A DNA stretch of 64,000 bases from Octopus vulgaris (taxonomy: Eukaryota). The position numbers and the translations under genes were made by a program. The notes below the pieces were generated by a model that saw only the letters and a program-made list of their open reading frames with translations, searched no databases and had not been told where the DNA came from. Location: contig OX597817.1 in NCBI GenBank assembly GCA_951406725.2, positions 1,736,001 through 1,800,000 on the forward strand, in the 5' to 3' direction. Of the stretch, positions 60,545 through 64,000 are shown one piece after another (the stretch's first letter is position 1; each line of letters opens with the position of its first letter).

Positions 60545-60810
60545 TACATGGTCCTCACTGTACATGGTCCTCACTGTACATGGTCCTCACTGTAGATGGG
60601 ATAGCTGGGACCTTTGGAACAGTGCAGTGATGTTCAGTTCAGGGGCTAGTATAGCTATCAATACCAAAGTTTCGTGTCAGCCCCTCCAGGATCTTCCATT
60701 TGCATATCATTGCATACCTCTCCCGTCTTCGCTCCAGAGAGTAGAATCGTTGCTCTTTCAGTTTCTCCCAGTAGCTCATCTGTTCCATTGATGCAAACTT
60801 CCTGGTGTAA
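60545..60810 (-). pseudogene. CR1-group LINE ORF2 C-terminal fragment
   Basis: MSYWEKLKEQRFYSLERRRERYAMICKWKILEGL, the typical Y.ERL..L.L.SLE.RR motif; ends in a 16-bp triplication TACATGGTCCTCACTG at 60545-60594. Confidence 0.8.
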
Positions 60811-61218
60811 CACTCACACATACGACCGAATAGTTTCTCAGCAAATACGCAGGGAGACACACGAGGTTGGCTTGTTTTAAGGATGCACTGGATGTGGATG
60901 ACATTTTGTGATTCATTCGACCGAGCCTTTTCTCCCGCTTACCTGTCACATCTTTTTCGAGCACACACGCGCATACACACACGACATCACAAACGCACAA
61001 ACTCACGACGCATGCGCTTAGTTTGTTACACGAACGAGGAAGAGAGTCATTTTTTTAAATAATCGAGAATTTGTTCATTCTTTTAGTCAGGCGGCCGAAA
61101 CACTAGGTGAACTTAAAAGGAAAAAAGAAAAACTATCGAGATATATACAGTTAGGTGGGTGGATAGAAAAACATGTAATATAAGTAGGTAGATAGTTAGA
61201 CAGACAGTCAGACAAACA

Positions 61219-61257
<39 letters not shown>

Positions 61258-61260
61258 GCT

Positions 61261-61427
61261 AGGCGCAGGAGTGGCTGTGTGGTAAGTAGCTTGCTAACCA
61301 ACCACATGGTTCCGGGTTCAGTCCCACTGCGTGGCATCTTGGGCAAGTGTCTTCTGCTATAGCCCCGGGTCGATCAATGCCTTGTGAGTGGATTTGGTAG
61401 ACGGAAACTGAAAGACGCCTGTCGTAG

Positions 61428-61479
<52 letters not shown>

Positions 61480-61668
61480 GTATGTAGCATTGCTTGACAA
61501 CCATGCTGGTGTGTTTACGCCCCCGTCACTTAGCGGTTCGGCAAAAGAGACTGATAGAATAAGTACTGGGCTTTCAAAGAATAAGTCTCGGGGTCGATTT
61601 GCTCGACTAAAGGCGGTGCTCCAACATGGCCGCAGTCAAATGACTGAAACAAGTAAAAGAATAAAAGA
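61261..61668 (+). mobile_element. SINE family B, young full-length copy with internal (TA)n
   Basis: AGGCGCAGGAGTGGCTGTGTGGTAAG (A box) ... GGTTCAGTCCC (B box) ... GAAACAAGTAAAAGAATAAAAGA tail. Confidence 0.92.
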
Positions 61669-61674
61669 GTATAT

Positions 61675-61720
<46 letters not shown>

Positions 61721-61790
61721 ACAGACAGTCAGACAGAGAAAGAGACAGATAGATAGACAGACAGAGAAAGAGACAGATAGATAGACAGAC

Positions 61791-61866
<76 letters not shown>

Positions 61867-62401
61867 TAAACGAGGTAGAAGAGTGGTTTAAAAGTGTAAG
61901 GTAGTGTTAGAAAAATGCCTAGCACCGTCTGCTTGTATATGTGTGTATGTGCATGCGTGCTGGGGATGGGTGGTAGGTGGGCTTATACCGAAAGATACGC
62001 TAGTTAAGAAAGCAAGAAAACATATTGGTTTGAGGCACACTCATTGGTGGGTGAAGTGTGTGAAGGTAGGGTGGGGACATGGGTGAGTGTGGGACAGAGA
62101 AACGGACCTGTTTTTAATGGATGAACGACCCCGAAGTCGCGTAGGGGGAAGTTCGCTGCGTACAGGATGCTGTATGTACTGTAGAGAACACACACACACA
62201 CACACACACGTGTGTATATTATATATATGGGGTATACATATGTGTGTTTGTGTATGTATAAATGCATGTATGTATATATGTGTGTGTGTATATATATATA
62301 TGCATGTATGTATGTATGTGTATATATATATATTAGATGGAATGAATAAAAACAAAAAAAGACAGCACAGGAGGGATAAGTTTTAACATACATATGAGTG
62401 C

Positions 62402-62438
<37 letters not shown>

Positions 62439-62712
62439 AGTGTATGTAATCTCAGCCGTGTAGATTCACACAAGCACGTACATAAATATTCTCACACATA
62501 CACACGCACATATATATTCCTGTAGGCATACACACATACAAGAACTTCATACGGCACACAAAACATTCGGTGCTGGTGAACCCATCTTGTTATGAATGTG
62601 TGGGAATGAAGAGATACAGAGGGGTCAAGTGTGTCAGAAATTGGTATCTTGGAGACAAATATCTTGGTGTGCCAACACGTCTATTTGTTCTAAGAGTCTA
62701 AGTGAGTTTGAA

Positions 62713-62766
<54 letters not shown>

Positions 62767-62943
62767 CGTGCTTCTCTATACTTATGTTTGTGTAATTGTA
62801 GTTTGTGACTATATGTGCGAAAATATTTTTCTTTAGTTACGTGGTTTTTGTAGTATGTGTTTTTGCATGAACATGTGGTACTGTCTTTTGGCAGGTTTTC
62901 TAGTGCGCTTGCCTTATTACGTATAGTTGTGCTTGTATTTAGG

Positions 62944-63012
<69 letters not shown>

Positions 63013-63345
63013 GTCTGTCTGTCAGTCTGTCTGTTTGTCAAGCTATCTATATGTGTGCAAGTGCGTGCGTGATATGTTTGTCTCTCATCGATATATCGAT
63101 AGAAGAGCATCGGCGGCATCCTCAAAGTTTCAGCATGCTTAACCTTCATCTGACTATTCACTGTAAGCTAGCAAGCCAAAAACTTCGAAGTCACTGACAC
63201 CACTATTATTATGTACGCACGTACACACACATGTACAAAGAAAAAAACACACCCACTCAACTTTAAAATGTATATCCAACTATTTTTGAAATAGGAAATG
63301 CAATCTTACATAAATATATATGTATGCATACACTTTATATATATA

Positions 63346-63802
63346 CGAGCAAAACGCCCCCCGTCCAAGGGACGGTGCTGAGTTGTCAAACATTTAAACC
63401 AAAAGTTCTCAAAGCAACTTGTCCGACCATCCCATAGGCCTCTCCTTTGAGAAACACTGATTTAACCTAAATTTCAGACACAAGCAAAAGAAGAAATAAA
63501 GATAGACTTTTTTTCTATTCCAAAGAAAAACGATTTTATTCACACAAATATGCAACCGAAGAGTTTAAAGTACCAGTAAGTGCATCACAACAGCTGATGT
63601 ACTTGCGCGTACAAATGCACGTTCCCACGGCTTTATCGATCACATTCTCACCTGGAATCGATTTTTGTAATTTTTTCATGATTTATACACGCCCTGATAC
63701 CGTCGGTATCCACATATCAAATTTGAGCGCAATCGGATGGAGGATGCCCGAGATCCTTGAAGACACACACACAGACAAACAGAATGGATTTTATATGATA
63801 GA
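63346..63802 (-). mobile_element. Non-autonomous Helitron-like element
   Basis: Reverse strand: A|TCTATCATATAAAA 5' end, perfect hairpin CCGTCC-ctt-GGACGG (63361-63375) 11 nt before the 3' end CTCG|T (CTRR with one change); inserted between A and T with no TSD. Confidence 0.75.
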
Positions 63803-64000
63803 TATCTCACTTTGTAAAGTTATCTCTAAGATTTTCTATTGTTAGAGCCAGCACTGAAAGTTTTGATGTTTCGTATACGAATATTTTACTGTAATCAATG
63901 CGATCGACGTTAGAAAAATAGTTAATGGATGTATATAGATATTTCAGGAGTGCTCCATCTTCAGCACCCATTAACCATCCATGAATTCATTGCACAAAAT

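Overview
Eukaryotic, AT-rich, microsatellite-dense DNA whose SINE and repeat content looks like a cephalopod (Octopus-type) genome; the taxon is inferred from recalled repeat families. The only host coding sequence I can support is missing from the supplied ORF track: a minus-strand, phase-0 terminal exon at 6522-6713 encoding the last 63 aa of a BMP3/GDF10-type TGF-beta ligand, probably followed by a ~1.45 kb 3' UTR. I found no upstream exon by eye, so the rest of the window is probably one very large intron. It contains three tRNA-type SINE families, a decayed CR1-group LINE, two decayed IR/DR Tc1 (DD34E) copies, Tx1/L1-like remnants, hAT and mariner MITEs, a non-autonomous Helitron, short (TA)n-embedded elements with hammerhead-ribozyme-like cores, and a 560-bp element inside (AAT)n. 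About 11 kb (20054-31047) is repeated almost exactly (31148-42136) across a 100-N gap, most likely an uncollapsed-haplotype assembly artefact. Most ORFs in the track are microsatellite translations.
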